From assembly GCA_964252075.1 (NCBI GenBank), contig CAXULY010000025.1, forward strand, positions 18,447-82,446: a DNA stretch of 64,000 bases, given 5' to 3'. This document shows positions 51,081 through 64,000 of this stretch, piece by piece. The notes under the pieces are model-generated. The model did no database searches, was not told the DNA's origin, and was given only the letters and a program-made list of their open reading frames with translations. The first letter of the stretch is position 1, and every line of letters starts with the position of its first letter. Position numbers and translations under genes: made by a program. The stretch is from an uncultured Deinococcaceae bacterium (GTDB taxonomy: Bacteria > Deinococcota > Deinococci > Deinococcales > Deinococcaceae).

Positions 51081-52664
51081 ATGAGTCCAGTCACCGCCAG
51101 CGCCCGCCTCGACCTCGGCATCGAAGACGCCCACATCCGCCACAACCCCACGGTAGAGGAATTGTACGAAGCGGCACTCCGACTGGGCGAGGGCGTCATC
51201 GCGGAGGGTGGGCCCCTCGCCGTCACCACCGACAAGACGGGCCGCAGCCCCAAGGACCGCTTCATCGTGCAGGACGAGCGCACGGAAGGCGCCGTGTGGT
51301 GGGAGGGCTTCAATCAGCCCATCAGCGCCGAGGTGTTCGAGCAGCTGCACGCCCGCATGCGCCGCTACGCCGCCGGACGCGAGCTGTTCGTGCAGGACCT
51401 GTACGCGGGCACCGACCCCGAGTACCGCCTGTCCGTGCGCTTCGTGCAGGAAATGGCGTACCACTCGCTGTTCGTGCACAACCTCTTCGTGCGGCCGGAA
51501 GCGGAGGAGCGCGCGGCCTTCCACCCGGACTGGACGGTGCTGAACCTCCCGGGCTTCAAGGCGGACCCCGAGCGGGACGGCACGCGCAGCGAGACCTTCA
51601 TCCTCGTGAACTTCAGCCGGCAGACCATCCTGGTGGGCGGCACGCAGTACGCGGGCGAGAACAAGAAGGGCATCTTCGGGGTGCTGAACTTCCTGCTGCC
51701 GCAGGAGGGCGTGCTGCCCATGCACTGCTCCGCGAACATGGGGGAGGACGGCGACGTGGCGCTGTTCTTCGGGCTGTCCGGCACGGGCAAGACCACCCTG
51801 TCCGCCGACCCGGAGCGGCGCCTCATCGGTGACGACGAGCACGGCTGGTCGCCGCGCGGCGTCTTCAACTTCGAGGGCGGCTGCTACGCGAAAGCCATCC
51901 ACCTGTCCGAGGCGGCCGAGCCGGACATCTACCGCACCACGCACACCTTCGGCACGGTGCTGGAGAACGTCACGCTGGACGCCGGGCGCCACCCGGACTT
52001 CAGCGACGGCTCCCGCACCGAGAACACCCGCGCGGCGTACCCCATTCATTTCATGCCGCGCATCGTGCCGGACGGGCAGGGCGGGCACCCGCGCCACATC
52101 TTCTTCCTGACGGCAGACGCGAACGGCGTGCTGCCGCCCATCGCGCGCCTCACGCGCGAGCAGGCCATGTATTACTTCCTCTCGGGCTTCACCGCCAAGA
52201 TCCCCGGCACGGAGCAGGGCGTGCGCGACCCGGAGCCCACCTTCTCCACGTGCTTCGGCGCGCCCTTCATGCCGCGCCACCCGGGCGAGTACGCGCGCCT
52301 CCTCGCACAGCGCATCGAATCGAGCGGCGCGCGCGTGTGGCTCGTGAACACCGGATGGACCGGCGGTCCCTACGGCACGGGCGAGCGCATGAGCATCGCC
52401 CACACCCGCGCCCTCCTGCGCGCCGCCATGGCGGGCGACCTGGATGACGTGCCCTTCGAGCGCGAGGCGCACTTCGGACTGGAGATTCCCCGCGATGTAC
52501 CGGGCGTGCCGACGTCGGTGCTGCGCCCACAGGGTGCGTGGGCGGACGCGGCCGCGTACGACGGAGCCGCGCGTAAACTCGCGCGGCTCTTCCGGGAGAA
52601 CTTCCAGCGCTTCGAGTCGGGCGTCGCCCCGGAAGTCACCGCCTGCATGCCGGACCACGCGTGA
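51081..52664 (+). CDS. pckA: PEP carboxykinase (ATP)
   Basis: TGRSPKD, GLSGTGKTTLS, LIGDDEHGW, NFEGGCYAK. Confidence 0.96.
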   Translation: MSPVTASARLDLGIEDAHIRHNPTVEELYEAALRLGEGVIAEGGPLAVTTDKTGRSPKDRFIVQDERTEGAVWWEGFNQPISAEVFEQLHARMRRYAAGRELFVQDLYAGTDPEYRLSVRFVQEMAYHSLFVHNLFVRPEAEERAAFHPDWTVLNLPGFKADPERDGTRSETFILVNFSRQTILVGGTQYAGENKKGIFGVLNFLLPQEGVLPMHCSANMGEDGDVALFFGLSGTGKTTLSADPERRLIGDDEHGWSPRGVFNFEGGCYAKAIHLSEAAEPDIYRTTHTFGTVLENVTLDAGRHPDFSDGSRTENTRAAYPIHFMPRIVPDGQGGHPRHIFFLTADANGVLPPIARLTREQAMYYFLSGFTAKIPGTEQGVRDPEPTFSTCFGAPFMPRHPGEYARLLAQRIESSGARVWLVNTGWTGGPYGTGERMSIAHTRALLRAAMAGDLDDVPFEREAHFGLEIPRDVPGVPTSVLRPQGAWADAAAYDGAARKLARLFRENFQRFESGVAPEVTACMPDHA

Positions 52665-52872
52665 TGGGCCCACGCGTCCAGCGGCGCCCCTCGCTGTTAC
52701 CCGTACGGGAACGCTTGAACGCTGCGTCCAGGCGTCCCTGCATGGGCGTACGGGCGGCAGCACGGCCCCGGCGCCCAGTTGCACCTTTGGTCACGAAGCC
52801 ACAGGGAGGCCCGCGCTAGACTCCGGGTCCAGAGGTGGTCGGGGCGAGGCAATCGGGCCTCGCCCCGCCGCT

Positions 52873-53688
52873 TTATCCCGGCAGGCGCGCGCCCAGCCAG
52901 TCGGTAAGCAGGTCCGTGAAGCGCTGCCGGTTCACGTCATTAAAGAGTTCGTGATACCCGCCGGGCTCCTCGACGTACGTGAGGTCCGTGGTGGCCGCCT
53001 CGCGCGCGAAGCGCCTCGCGCCCTCCACACTCACCAGGCGGTCCGCGTCGCCCTGAATGAGCAGGGTGGGCAGGCGCCAGCGCGGCAGGAGCGGCCACAC
53101 GGTCGCCGCCGCGCGGATCATGCTGTCCGCCGTGCCCACCCGCACGCCCCCCTGGTACACCAGCGGGTCCGCGCTGTACGCGCGCCCCACCTCTGCGTCC
53201 GTCGCGAGGTGCGCCGAGGACAGCGGCCGGTTGGGGAGGCCCGGCGCGACACGCGCGAGGAACCGCACCGCGCGCCGCAACCCGGGGGATAGCTCATGAT
53301 CCACCACCAGCGCGGGTGACGACAGCACCACACCGCGCAGGCCACGAGGGTCCCGCGCCACACTCACGGCCGTCACGAGGCCCCCCAGGCTGTGCCCGAA
53401 CGCGAACAGCGGCAGGTCACTGCCGTGCAGGAGCGCCTCACGCGCGCGCAGGTGATCCGCCACCAGGTCGTCCACGCGCACCAGGGCGCGCGTGCCACCC
53501 GACTGCCCATGCCCGCGCTGGTCGTACCCGTACACGTCGAACCCCGCCGCGTTGAGGGCCTGCGTGAGGCGGCCATACCGCCCGATGTGCTCGCCCAGGC
53601 CGTGCGTGATGAGCACCCGCGCGCGCGGCCGCTCGGCGGGCCAGTGCGCCGCCACCACGTCCGCCCCGAAATGCCAGGGTTGTGCCAT
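52873..53688 (-). CDS. Lysophospholipase / alpha-beta hydrolase
   Basis: HGLGEH, DQRGHG.S, GHSLGG, YHELF. Confidence 0.9.
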   Translation of the reverse strand: MAQPWHFGADVVAAHWPAERPRARVLITHGLGEHIGRYGRLTQALNAAGFDVYGYDQRGHGQSGGTRALVRVDDLVADHLRAREALLHGSDLPLFAFGHSLGGLVTAVSVARDPRGLRGVVLSSPALVVDHELSPGLRRAVRFLARVAPGLPNRPLSSAHLATDAEVGRAYSADPLVYQGGVRVGTADSMIRAAATVWPLLPRWRLPTLLIQGDADRLVSVEGARRFAREAATTDLTYVEEPGGYHELFNDVNRQRFTDLLTDWLGARLPG

Positions 53689-53756
53689 GCCTCAGTGTAG
53701 GCGAGGCAAGGCACGAAAAACCCCCGCCCTGGGTGGGCGGGGGTTTCGAGGGTGGC

Positions 53757-54875
53757 TCAGAAGCGGAACTGAATGCCCGCCGCGACGGAGTTGATGCTCT
53801 GGTTGCTGCCGTCGAAGTAATAGTGCTGGCGCGCCTCGCCGAAGATGGCAATGTTGTCAATCAGGCGGTAATCCAGCCCGATCAGGCCCTCACCGAAGGT
53901 GCTCTGGCGGCTCAGGTTGTACCCGCCGCCCACGCCGACATAACCGTCCACGCTGCCAATGGTGCCTCGGTACGTGACGGCGCCCGAGATGGTGTTGCCG
54001 GGGTTGTCCGACCCGCTGACGCGGATGTCACCTGTGAAGCGCACGCCGAACGAGCCGATCAGGCTGTCGTCACCCACGATAACGCGCACCATGTTCGCGG
54101 CAGAGGGGTTGTTCACCCCGTAGTACGACGCTGCGACGTACAGTGGGTAACGGAAGGGCTCAGCGGGCGGCGTGAAGTCCCGCCCAGCCGGGCCCTGGGG
54201 GCCGACCGCGCCCTGGGCGCCCTCGGGCCCCTGCGGCCCTGCCGGACCAGCAGGGCCTGCCGGACCCGCCGGGCCCTGGGCGCCGTCCGCCCCCGCAGGA
54301 CCAGCGGGGCCCGCCGGACCCGCCGGGCCCTGAGCGCCATCTGCCCCCGCTGCGCCGGCCGCGCCCGTGCCCGCCGCCGGCAGGTTGTTCAGTGCGTTCT
54401 GCAGCTGCGCGATCTGATCGCGCAGTGCGGCGATGTCCTGCGTGTTCTGCTGCACCTGACCCTGCAGTTCCCGAATGCCGTTCAGGGCGTCCTGCAGTCC
54501 ATTGCGGAGCGTCGTGATGTCCTCCGGGTTGAACTGACTGGCAGGCGTCTGCTGCAGGAGGCGCGCCAGCACCTGCGCCACTTCCTGGCGGGTGGCGGCC
54601 TGGCACCAGTCGAAGGTGCCGTCCGGGTACCCGATGAACAGGCCACGCTGAACCACGAGGTCAATGGCGGCCTTCGCCCAAGAGCCACCCGTGCAGTTCG
54701 CGGCCACCGTGGTGGTCGTCGTGGTGGTTGCCGCAGGCGCGGCGACCGCAGGGGCTGGGCTCGCCGCGGGTTTGTTGATGGGGGGGGCGGGTTGGGTGGG
54801 GGCGTTGCCGCCGCCCGCCAGGGCACCGCCACTGAGGGCCATTGCCACGCTGAGAATCAAGGTTGTTTTTTTCAT
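53757..54875 (-). CDS. SLH + coiled-coil + collagen + C-terminal beta-barrel envelope protein
   Basis: WA..AI......GLF.GYPDGTF, TRQE.A; 21 GXY triplets; amphipathic strands ending in F. Confidence 0.85.
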   Translation of the reverse strand: MKKTTLILSVAMALSGGALAGGGNAPTQPAPPINKPAASPAPAVAAPAATTTTTTTVAANCTGGSWAKAAIDLVVQRGLFIGYPDGTFDWCQAATRQEVAQVLARLLQQTPASQFNPEDITTLRNGLQDALNGIRELQGQVQQNTQDIAALRDQIAQLQNALNNLPAAGTGAAGAAGADGAQGPAGPAGPAGPAGADGAQGPAGPAGPAGPAGPQGPEGAQGAVGPQGPAGRDFTPPAEPFRYPLYVAASYYGVNNPSAANMVRVIVGDDSLIGSFGVRFTGDIRVSGSDNPGNTISGAVTYRGTIGSVDGYVGVGGGYNLSRQSTFGEGLIGLDYRLIDNIAIFGEARQHYYFDGSNQSINSVAAGIQFRF

Positions 54876-55517
54876 GGAACTCCTCCTGAGCACTTGCCGT
54901 TTCCACATAGTTATAGCCACCGGCGCGCCGAACGTGTGCTTCTTTTGAGAAGTTCTAAAGATCGTGTGAAAAGAATGTTGGAGAGCTTCCTTGCAACGCA
55001 AGGGCGATTTAAGCTTTGAATCAAACGAGGCAACTAAGGTAACGTCAGATGCCGATGGACACACATGTTCTGTAGGCCCGACGCCCTTGCACTCGATGCT
55101 TCAAGGAACCCGCAGGTGGGCTCCCTGCGCGCCGCGGCGTGGGATCTGGCGTCGCTCCTGAAAAGCTGTGTGCCGCGGCGCCTCTCAGGTCCTTCACGAG
55201 ACCCATGCGGCATTCTGGGCTCAGCGACTGCGTCTGGAGCACACTCCGAATCGATTCGCTCATCTTGAGCCGCAAGGGGCGACTTCCGAGCTGAGCCTGC
55301 ACCCGGCATGCGCAAGACCGCTCCAGCAGGGGACAATGGCTTCCTGCAATCTGACCATGGCCAACACCGACCCCCTGGGACGCGACGCGATATGAGCGCT
55401 TCGGTGCAGATGGTGGGCAATCATGTCCCGGCTGCCTGAGGGTTCCTGTATTCAACCGCCGCTTCATCTTCAAGGTTGGTGGCCTCCCGCTCATGAATGA
55501 CCCGGTACACTGCCCCC

Positions 55518-57218
55518 ATGAGCGCCGACTGGTACAAGGACGCGGTGTTTTACGAGCTGCACGTGCGGGCATTTGCTGATGGCAACGGCGACGGCAAAGG
55601 CGATTTTCGTGGCCTGATCACCAGACTGGATTACCTGCGGGGCCTGGGCGTGGACTGCCTGTGGCTGCTGCCCTTCTACCCCAGTCCCCTCAAGGACGAT
55701 GGCTACGACATCGCGGACTTCTACGACCTGCACCCGGATTACGGCACGCTGGAGGACTTCAAAGCTTTTCTGAGTGAGGCGCACGCGCGCGGCATTCGCG
55801 TCATTGCGGACCTCGTGGTGAACCACATCTCCGATCAGCACCACTGGTTTCAGGAGGCCCGCAAGGGCCGAGACAACCCCTACCACGATTACTTCGTGTG
55901 GAGCGACACGGGCACCGAGTACAGCGAGGCTCGCATCATTTTCGTGGACACCGAGAAGAGCAACTGGACCTGGGACCCCGTCGCGGAGCGCTATTACTGG
56001 CACCGTTTCTTCTCCAGCCAGCCGGACCTGAACTACGACAATCCCGCCGTGCGTGAGGAGATGAAGAACGTCCTGCGCTTCTGGCTGAACCTGGGCCTGG
56101 ACGGCTTCCGGGTGGACGCCGTGCCGTACCTGTTCGAGCGGGAGGGCACCAACGGCGAGAACCTCCCCGAGACGCACGAGTACCTGCGCGAGCTGCGCGC
56201 GGTGGTGGATCAGGAGTTCCCCGGCAAGGTGCTGCTCGCGGAGGCGAACCAGTGGCCGGAGGACGTGGTGGCGTACTTCGGCACGGACGAGCAGCCGGAG
56301 TTCCACATGTGCTTCAACTTCCCGGTCATGCCGCGCCTCTTCATGGGCCTGCGGCGTGAGGACGCGCAGCCCATCCGCGAGATCATGGAGCGCCTTCCGA
56401 ACATCCCGAGTTTCGGGCAGTGGGCGATCTTCCTGCGCAACCACGACGAGCTGACCCTGGAGATGGTCACCGACGAGGAGCGCGACTACATGTACACCGA
56501 GTACGCCAAGGACCCGCGCATGAAGCTGAACCTCGGGATTCGCAGCCGCCTCGCGCCGCTGCTGGACAACTCCCGCAGGCGCATCGAGCTGCTGCACGGC
56601 CTGCTGTTCTCGCTGCCGGGCAGCCCCATCCTGTATTACGGCGACGAGATCGGCATGGGCGACAACGTGTTCCTCGGCGACCGCAACGGCGTGCGCACCC
56701 CCATGCAGTGGAACGCGGACCGCAACGCGGGCTTCTCGCGCGCCGACTACAACAAGCTGTACTTCCCCGTCATCGCGGACCCCGTGTACGGCTATCAGGC
56801 GGTGAACGTGGAGGCGCAGGAGCGCACGGAGTCCAGCCTCCTGAAGTGGATGCGCCGCATGATTCAGGTGCGCCGCCGCTACCCGGCCTTCTCGCGCGGC
56901 GACGTGAAGTTCCTGGAGACCGGGAACCGCAGCGTGCTGGCGTTCCTGCGCAGCTACGAGGACAGCACGCTGCTGGTGGTGTGTAACCTCTCGCGTTTCG
57001 TGCAGTCCGCGCAGCTGGACCTCGCGTCCCTGGCGGGTTCCGCGCCGGTGGAGCTGATCGGCGAGACGCGCTTCCCAGAGATCGGGGAGCTGCCGTACTT
57101 CTTTACATTCGGGCCGCACGCCTTCTACTGGTTCCGCCTGGAGCCGCCTCCCGCGCGCCGTCAGGTGCGGCAGGTGCCGGGCGAGACGGTGCAGTTGCAC
57201 GACGAGCCAGCCATCTAG
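55518..57218 (+). CDS. treS: Trehalose synthase (GH13)
   Basis: [42 protein letters not shown]. Confidence 0.93.
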   Translation: MSADWYKDAVFYELHVRAFADGNGDGKGDFRGLITRLDYLRGLGVDCLWLLPFYPSPLKDDGYDIADFYDLHPDYGTLEDFKAFLSEAHARGIRVIADLVVNHISDQHHWFQEARKGRDNPYHDYFVWSDTGTEYSEARIIFVDTEKSNWTWDPVAERYYWHRFFSSQPDLNYDNPAVREEMKNVLRFWLNLGLDGFRVDAVPYLFEREGTNGENLPETHEYLRELRAVVDQEFPGKVLLAEANQWPEDVVAYFGTDEQPEFHMCFNFPVMPRLFMGLRREDAQPIREIMERLPNIPSFGQWAIFLRNHDELTLEMVTDEERDYMYTEYAKDPRMKLNLGIRSRLAPLLDNSRRRIELLHGLLFSLPGSPILYYGDEIGMGDNVFLGDRNGVRTPMQWNADRNAGFSRADYNKLYFPVIADPVYGYQAVNVEAQERTESSLLKWMRRMIQVRRRYPAFSRGDVKFLETGNRSVLAFLRSYEDSTLLVVCNLSRFVQSAQLDLASLAGSAPVELIGETRFPEIGELPYFFTFGPHAFYWFRLEPPPARRQVRQVPGETVQLHDEPAI

Positions 57219-57307
57219 AGCCGCGTCGGTCGTTCATGGGTGGGGGAGGGTGCCCCCATCCATGGCGCCGTGCCCAGCCCTTTCCGGGCGTCCTGCACCT
57301 GTCCGGG

Positions 57308-57877
57308 TCATTTCAGGGCGCGGGTGAGGTGCAGGAACGCGGTGCCGGCCACGCTGCGCCGCCCCACCGCCCGGAAGCCCAGCCGCGCGTAGAGGCGCTG
57401 CGCGGGCTCGTTGCCGGGTTCGGCCAGCAGGCCGAGTCGCTGCCAGCCGCCCATCCGGGCGCGCTCGGCGACCGCTTCCACGAGGGCGCCGCCCACGCCG
57501 CGCCCTCGCGCCTCAGGTTGGACGGTGAGGGTGTCGAGGTACCATTCGTCCGGCTCGGCTTCCGTCTCGATGCGGGTGGGGAGCGCCAGGTCCGTGAGCC
57601 TCGCGCGGAAGGGGTCGTCCAGGGCGGGCGCGAGGTCCCCGGCGTAGCTCACGGCGAGGCCCAGCGGCGCCGCGCCGTCCTCCGCGACGAGGGTGCGCTC
57701 GAAACTCAGGCGGTTGCCGCGCGCCATGAAGAAGGGCCGCAGTGCCTCCTCGGCCTGCTGGTCCGTCTGGGTGCTGGTGAGCGCGCGCCCGATGGGCCCG
57801 ATGGTCGCCTGAATGAGGGGCACCGCCCAGGGAGCGTCGTCCGGGGTGGCGGGCCGCAGCGTGAACGGAGGCGTCAT
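57308..57877 (-). CDS. GNAT acetyltransferase
   Basis: WYLDTL.V.PEARGRGVG, N..A.RLY..LGF. Confidence 0.88.
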   Translation of the reverse strand: MTPPFTLRPATPDDAPWAVPLIQATIGPIGRALTSTQTDQQAEEALRPFFMARGNRLSFERTLVAEDGAAPLGLAVSYAGDLAPALDDPFRARLTDLALPTRIETEAEPDEWYLDTLTVQPEARGRGVGGALVEAVAERARMGGWQRLGLLAEPGNEPAQRLYARLGFRAVGRRSVAGTAFLHLTRALK

Positions 57878-57940
57878 GCCCCCAGTACAGCAGAAAAGGG
57901 CGGGACCCACCGGTCCCGCCCTTTGCCTGTCGTGTGGCGC

Positions 57941-58636
<696 letters not shown>

Positions 58637-58724
58637 GAGTTGCCTCCCACTTCACTGTACGGGGCGGAGGTGAAAATCGTTCCTGACCACGTCAGAACAA
58701 ACGATTGTTCGGTAAGATGATGGC

Positions 58725-59924
58725 ATGACCTTGCTGACCGACCCCGGCTCCGCCGAGCCCGCGCTGAGCTCCGGGATCAGCTTCGCGCTCAACGACGACC
58801 AGCGACTGATCCTGGGGCACGTGCGCGACTACTGCCGCGAGCAGGTCGCCCCCCTCGCCGCCGAGTACGACCGCAGCGGCAACTTCCCCTGGCCACAACT
58901 GCGCGGCCTCGCGGAACTCGGCCTGCTGGGCGCCACCATCCCCGAGCGCTGGGGCGGCGCGGCGCTCGACAGCGTCACCTACGCGCTGTGCCTGGAGGAA
59001 ATCGCCGCCGCGGACCCCAGCGTGGCCGTCATCGTGAGCGTGCAGAATGGCCTGCCGGAGCAGATGCTGCTGCGCTACGGCACGGACGACCTGCGCCGCC
59101 GCTACCTGATGCCCCTCGCGCGCGGTGAGAAACTCGGCGCGTTCTGCCTCACGGAAGCCGGGGCGGGCAGCGACCCCGCGAGCCTGCGCCTGAAAGCCAC
59201 GCGCGACGAGGGTGACTGGGTGCTGAACGGTCAGAAAGCCTGGATCACCTCGGGCGGGCAGGCGGACGTGTACCTCGTGATGGCCCGCACGGGCGGCCCC
59301 GGCGCGCGCGGCGTGAGCTGCTTCGTGGTGGAGAACAGCACGCCGGGCCTCAGCTTCGGGAAGCCCGAGGAGAAGATGGGCCTGCACGCCGCGCACACCA
59401 CCATCGTCACCTTCGACGACGTGCGCGTGCCGCACAGCCAGATGGTGGGCGTGGAAGGCGAGGGCCTCGTCGTGGCGCTCGCGAGCCTCGACGCGGGGCG
59501 CGTGGGCATCGCCATGCAGGCGCTCGGCATCGCGCGCTCCGCCTTCGAGCACGCCGCTCGCTACGCGCTGTCCCGCGAGCAGTTCGGAAAGAAACTCAGT
59601 GAGTTCGAGGGCGTGAGCTTCAAGATCGCCTCGATGGCCGCGCGCATCGAGAGCACCCGCCTCGTGGCGCTCAAGGCGGCGTGGCTCAAGGACCAGGGGA
59701 AGCGCTACACGCGCGAGGCGGCCATCGCGAAACTGCTCGCGTCGGACGCCGCCGTGGAGGTCACGCGCGACGCCATCCAGATCTTCGGCGGGAACGGCTA
59801 CAGCCGCGAGTACCCCGTCGAGCGCCTGTACCGCGACGCGAAGATCACCGAAATCTATGAGGGCACCAGCGAGATTCAGAAGCTCGTGATCTCCCGCGCG
59901 GTCTTCAACGAACTGCGGGAGTGA
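58725..59924 (+). CDS. Acyl-CoA dehydrogenase
   Basis: [30 protein letters not shown]. Confidence 0.95.
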   Translation: MTLLTDPGSAEPALSSGISFALNDDQRLILGHVRDYCREQVAPLAAEYDRSGNFPWPQLRGLAELGLLGATIPERWGGAALDSVTYALCLEEIAAADPSVAVIVSVQNGLPEQMLLRYGTDDLRRRYLMPLARGEKLGAFCLTEAGAGSDPASLRLKATRDEGDWVLNGQKAWITSGGQADVYLVMARTGGPGARGVSCFVVENSTPGLSFGKPEEKMGLHAAHTTIVTFDDVRVPHSQMVGVEGEGLVVALASLDAGRVGIAMQALGIARSAFEHAARYALSREQFGKKLSEFEGVSFKIASMAARIESTRLVALKAAWLKDQGKRYTREAAIAKLLASDAAVEVTRDAIQIFGGNGYSREYPVERLYRDAKITEIYEGTSEIQKLVISRAVFNELRE

Positions 59925-59970
59925 ATTCACGTCATCTTCTCATGACGCTGACGTGAAATTTAAAAAGCAT

Positions 59971-61686
<1,716 letters not shown>

Positions 61687-61851
61687 CCAGCGCGGCCAGC
61701 GCCACAGGGGAAAGCCCCTCTGTGACGCGGGCCGAAGCGGTTCGGGGCGGAGAGATGAGCCCCGCTGACTCCTGCGCTGATGGCTCCATCAGGGCGGCGA
61801 GGCACACGCCCCGCCGCCCTGTGGTTGTTCCGGTGTGCTGCAGCCCTGGGA

Positions 61852-62412
61852 CTAGCTGTCGCTGGCCTCGAACCCCTCGATGAGGGCGGCGAGGCCCGTC
61901 TCGAAGCCGCTGATGGGGCCGCTCAGCCCGAACTGTCCGCTGCGTTCCAGCATCACGAAGCCATGCAGGAAGGCCCACAGGGCGACGGCGGCCGAGGTGT
62001 CGTCCGCGATGCCCGTCACCCTGCCCACCAGGCTGAGCACAAGGTTCCACAGGTCCTTGCCCGCGCCGGGCGTGGCGAACGCGGGCGCGCGGGGGGCGAG
62101 CAGCAGGCCGTACAGCTGCGGGTGGCTGCGGGAGAAGGCCAGGTAGGCGTGCGCGGCGCTGCGCAGGGCGCCCTGCGGGGTCTGTCCGTGCGCGGCGTGG
62201 GCCATGGCGGCGCGCAGGCGCTCGGCGGCGCCGTCCGCGATGGCGGCCTCAAGGGCGGCGCGGTCCGCGACGTGGCCGTACAGGCTGCTGGGGCGCACGT
62301 TGAGTGCGGTGGCGAGGGTGCGCATGCTCAGGGCGTCCGGGTCACCGCCTTCCAGCAGCTCCGTGGCGCGCTGCACGATGGCTTCACGGTTGAGCTTGGC
62401 GGGGTAAGGCAT
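61852..62412 (-). CDS. TetR-family regulator
   Basis: LSMR.LA..L.V..SSLY.H HTH; LWAFLHG C-terminus. Confidence 0.9.
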   Translation of the reverse strand: MPYPAKLNREAIVQRATELLEGGDPDALSMRTLATALNVRPSSLYGHVADRAALEAAIADGAAERLRAAMAHAAHGQTPQGALRSAAHAYLAFSRSHPQLYGLLLAPRAPAFATPGAGKDLWNLVLSLVGRVTGIADDTSAAVALWAFLHGFVMLERSGQFGLSGPISGFETGLAALIEGFEASDS

Positions 62413-62505
62413 TGCGGACACTGTACGCCTTGACAGCCTCTGAGCCAAAGACGTACAGTGTTCGGTAAGACGAACGCCGTTCGGAAAGCGGCGTGGGAGG
62501 CCCAC

Positions 62506-63210
62506 ATGCGACAACACGGCGAGCACCTCACCCAGATCACCCGCTACGGCAGCTTCAACAGCTACCTCGTGCGGGAATCCGACGGCCTCACCGCCATCGA
62601 CACCAACCTGCCCGGCAGCGCCCCCGCGCTCCTTGCCGCCGCCCGGCAGCTGGGCCAGCCCATCACCCGCATCGTCCTCACGCACGCGCACGGCGACCAT
62701 GTCGGGAGCCTCGACGCCCTGCGCGCCGCCCTCCCCAACGCCGAAGTGAGCATCTCCGCGCGCGACGCCCGCCTGCTCAGCGGCGACCGCAGCCTCGACC
62801 CCAACGAACCACAGCACGCACCCAAAGGTGACTTCCGGCGCGTCACCACCACACCCGACCGCCTCCTCACCCCCGGCGACCGCATCGGGTCCCTCGTGGT
62901 GATCGCCGCCCCAGGCCACACGCCCGGCCACGCCGCCTTCCTCGACACGCGCGACGCCAGCCTCATCGCAGGCGACGCTTTCCAGACCGCCGCCGGCACC
63001 GCCGTGGCCGGTGTGCCCAGCCTTCTCTTCCCCTTCCCAGCCCTCGCCACATGGCACCCCGCCACCGCCCTGCAGAGCGCGCAGCACCTGCTGGCCCTCA
63101 ACCCCACGCGACTCGCTGTCGGGCACGGCCCGGTCCTCGAAGACCCACGCGCCGCCATGACCCGCGCCATCGACACCGCCACGCGCCGACTCGCCCGGCG
63201 GTCCGCATGA
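62506..63210 (+). CDS. MBL-fold metallo-hydrolase
   Basis: THAHGDHVG, PGHTPGH, AGD, GHG. Confidence 0.92.
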   Translation: MRQHGEHLTQITRYGSFNSYLVRESDGLTAIDTNLPGSAPALLAAARQLGQPITRIVLTHAHGDHVGSLDALRAALPNAEVSISARDARLLSGDRSLDPNEPQHAPKGDFRRVTTTPDRLLTPGDRIGSLVVIAAPGHTPGHAAFLDTRDASLIAGDAFQTAAGTAVAGVPSLLFPFPALATWHPATALQSAQHLLALNPTRLAVGHGPVLEDPRAAMTRAIDTATRRLARRSA

Positions 63211-63530
63211 TGGCCCTCGCCGCCCTGGCCTTCCTCAGCGAACTCGTGGCCCTCGGCGCGCTCGCCGCGTGGGGCTGGCGAACGGGAGAGGGCGACGCGC
63301 TGCGCTGGCTGCTGGCCATCGGCCTCCCCGTCGCCTTCGCGCTCATCTGGGGGGTCTTCCTTTCCCCCAGAGCGAACGTGACGCTGCCCCCACCCACCGT
63401 CCTGAGCCTCAAACTCACGCTGTTCCTGCTGGTCTCGCTCGCGTTGTGGGGCGTGTCGAACGTCGGGTGGGCCGCGCTGTTCCTGCTGGTGGCCGTCCTC
63501 ACCACCGTGCTGCCCGTCCGCCTGCCCTGA
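63207..63530 (+). CDS. YrdB/DUF2568-like membrane protein
   Basis: LAFL.EL, WG.F.SP.A; ATGA overlap with the MBL gene. Confidence 0.75.
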   Translation: MMALAALAFLSELVALGALAAWGWRTGEGDALRWLLAIGLPVAFALIWGVFLSPRANVTLPPPTVLSLKLTLFLLVSLALWGVSNVGWAALFLLVAVLTTVLPVRLP

Positions 63531-64000
63531 CGCGAATCAGGCCGTCGCCCAAACGGCGCGGTGGCAGCCCAATCTCAAGATTGGCTGTATGACTGTCGGA
63601 GAACGACGGCCATCGCCTGCATCCATCATTCACGGCTAGGCATGCCGCAGGCCCACGGGGAAACCTTACTCATAACGGGCAGCCAGCAACATCACCTGCT
63701 TTGCCGGTAAGTCTGGCTCTCTATGCCTCGGTTTTGATCTCGAAGTTTCCCAACGTCCCCCGTGGTGCGCTGCGGTTCCTGCCGACATGCCTGTTAGGTC
63801 CCGCGGAAAACGGCGGCCTTGGTGTGTCTGCTGTGCTCACCGCCCAGCCAGGATCGCCGCTGGCAGTGAATACTGCAAATACGGAAATGGACACCAACGC
63901 AACAACCGGGAGCTTCTTAAGCGCAAGCGGCTTCGAGCCGGTGGCCCCGATTAAGAGCTTGTTTCACGGCCTGCTCCAATACGAGTCAGTCGTCGATGTT

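Noticed and set aside
47600..54370. Collagen-region repeats as a CRISPR array or VNTR element
   Set aside because: They encode Gly-X-Y; no repeat-spacer structure and no cas genes in the window
54900..55500. ncRNA or gene in the SLH-treS intergenic region
   Set aside because: No recognisable motif, RBS-led ORF or terminator-bounded unit by eye
63590..64000. Cys-containing short ORF in the lower-GC window end
   Set aside because: No RBS or family signature; context is truncated

Overview
High-GC bacterial chromosome window, most likely Deinococcus: it has a thermus/deinococcus-type glyQS, a TrpRS II, an SLH/beta-barrel envelope protein, RDRM-like boxes and many apparently leaderless genes. 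Most of it is housekeeping: tRNA-Ser(GGA), glyQS with a T-box, cysS, gyrB, dsbA/dsbB, uvrA, clpB with a HAIR site, a SAM-I riboswitch before metY-metX, trpS, leuS, pckA and treS. The most striking unannotated signal is a set of tiny leader-peptide attenuators in front of three aminoacyl-tRNA synthetase genes: MSFVLCCPR before cysS, MRSALVRCWWPGS before trpS II, and MIRSALTSRGRRD before leuS. Each has a terminator and an overlapping alternative stem. Other notable items are a SARP-STAND-TPR regulator coupled to a subtilase lipoprotein with an 11-bp-phased heptamer promoter, an RDRM-like box before a small wHTH gene, and a candidate sRNA. There is also a decayed prophage-like island (about 41.5-47.1 kb) with a duplicated gene+promoter+terminator module, two genes broken by short tandem duplications, and two long AT-rich palindromes. 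All assignments come from reading motifs by eye; no searches were run.
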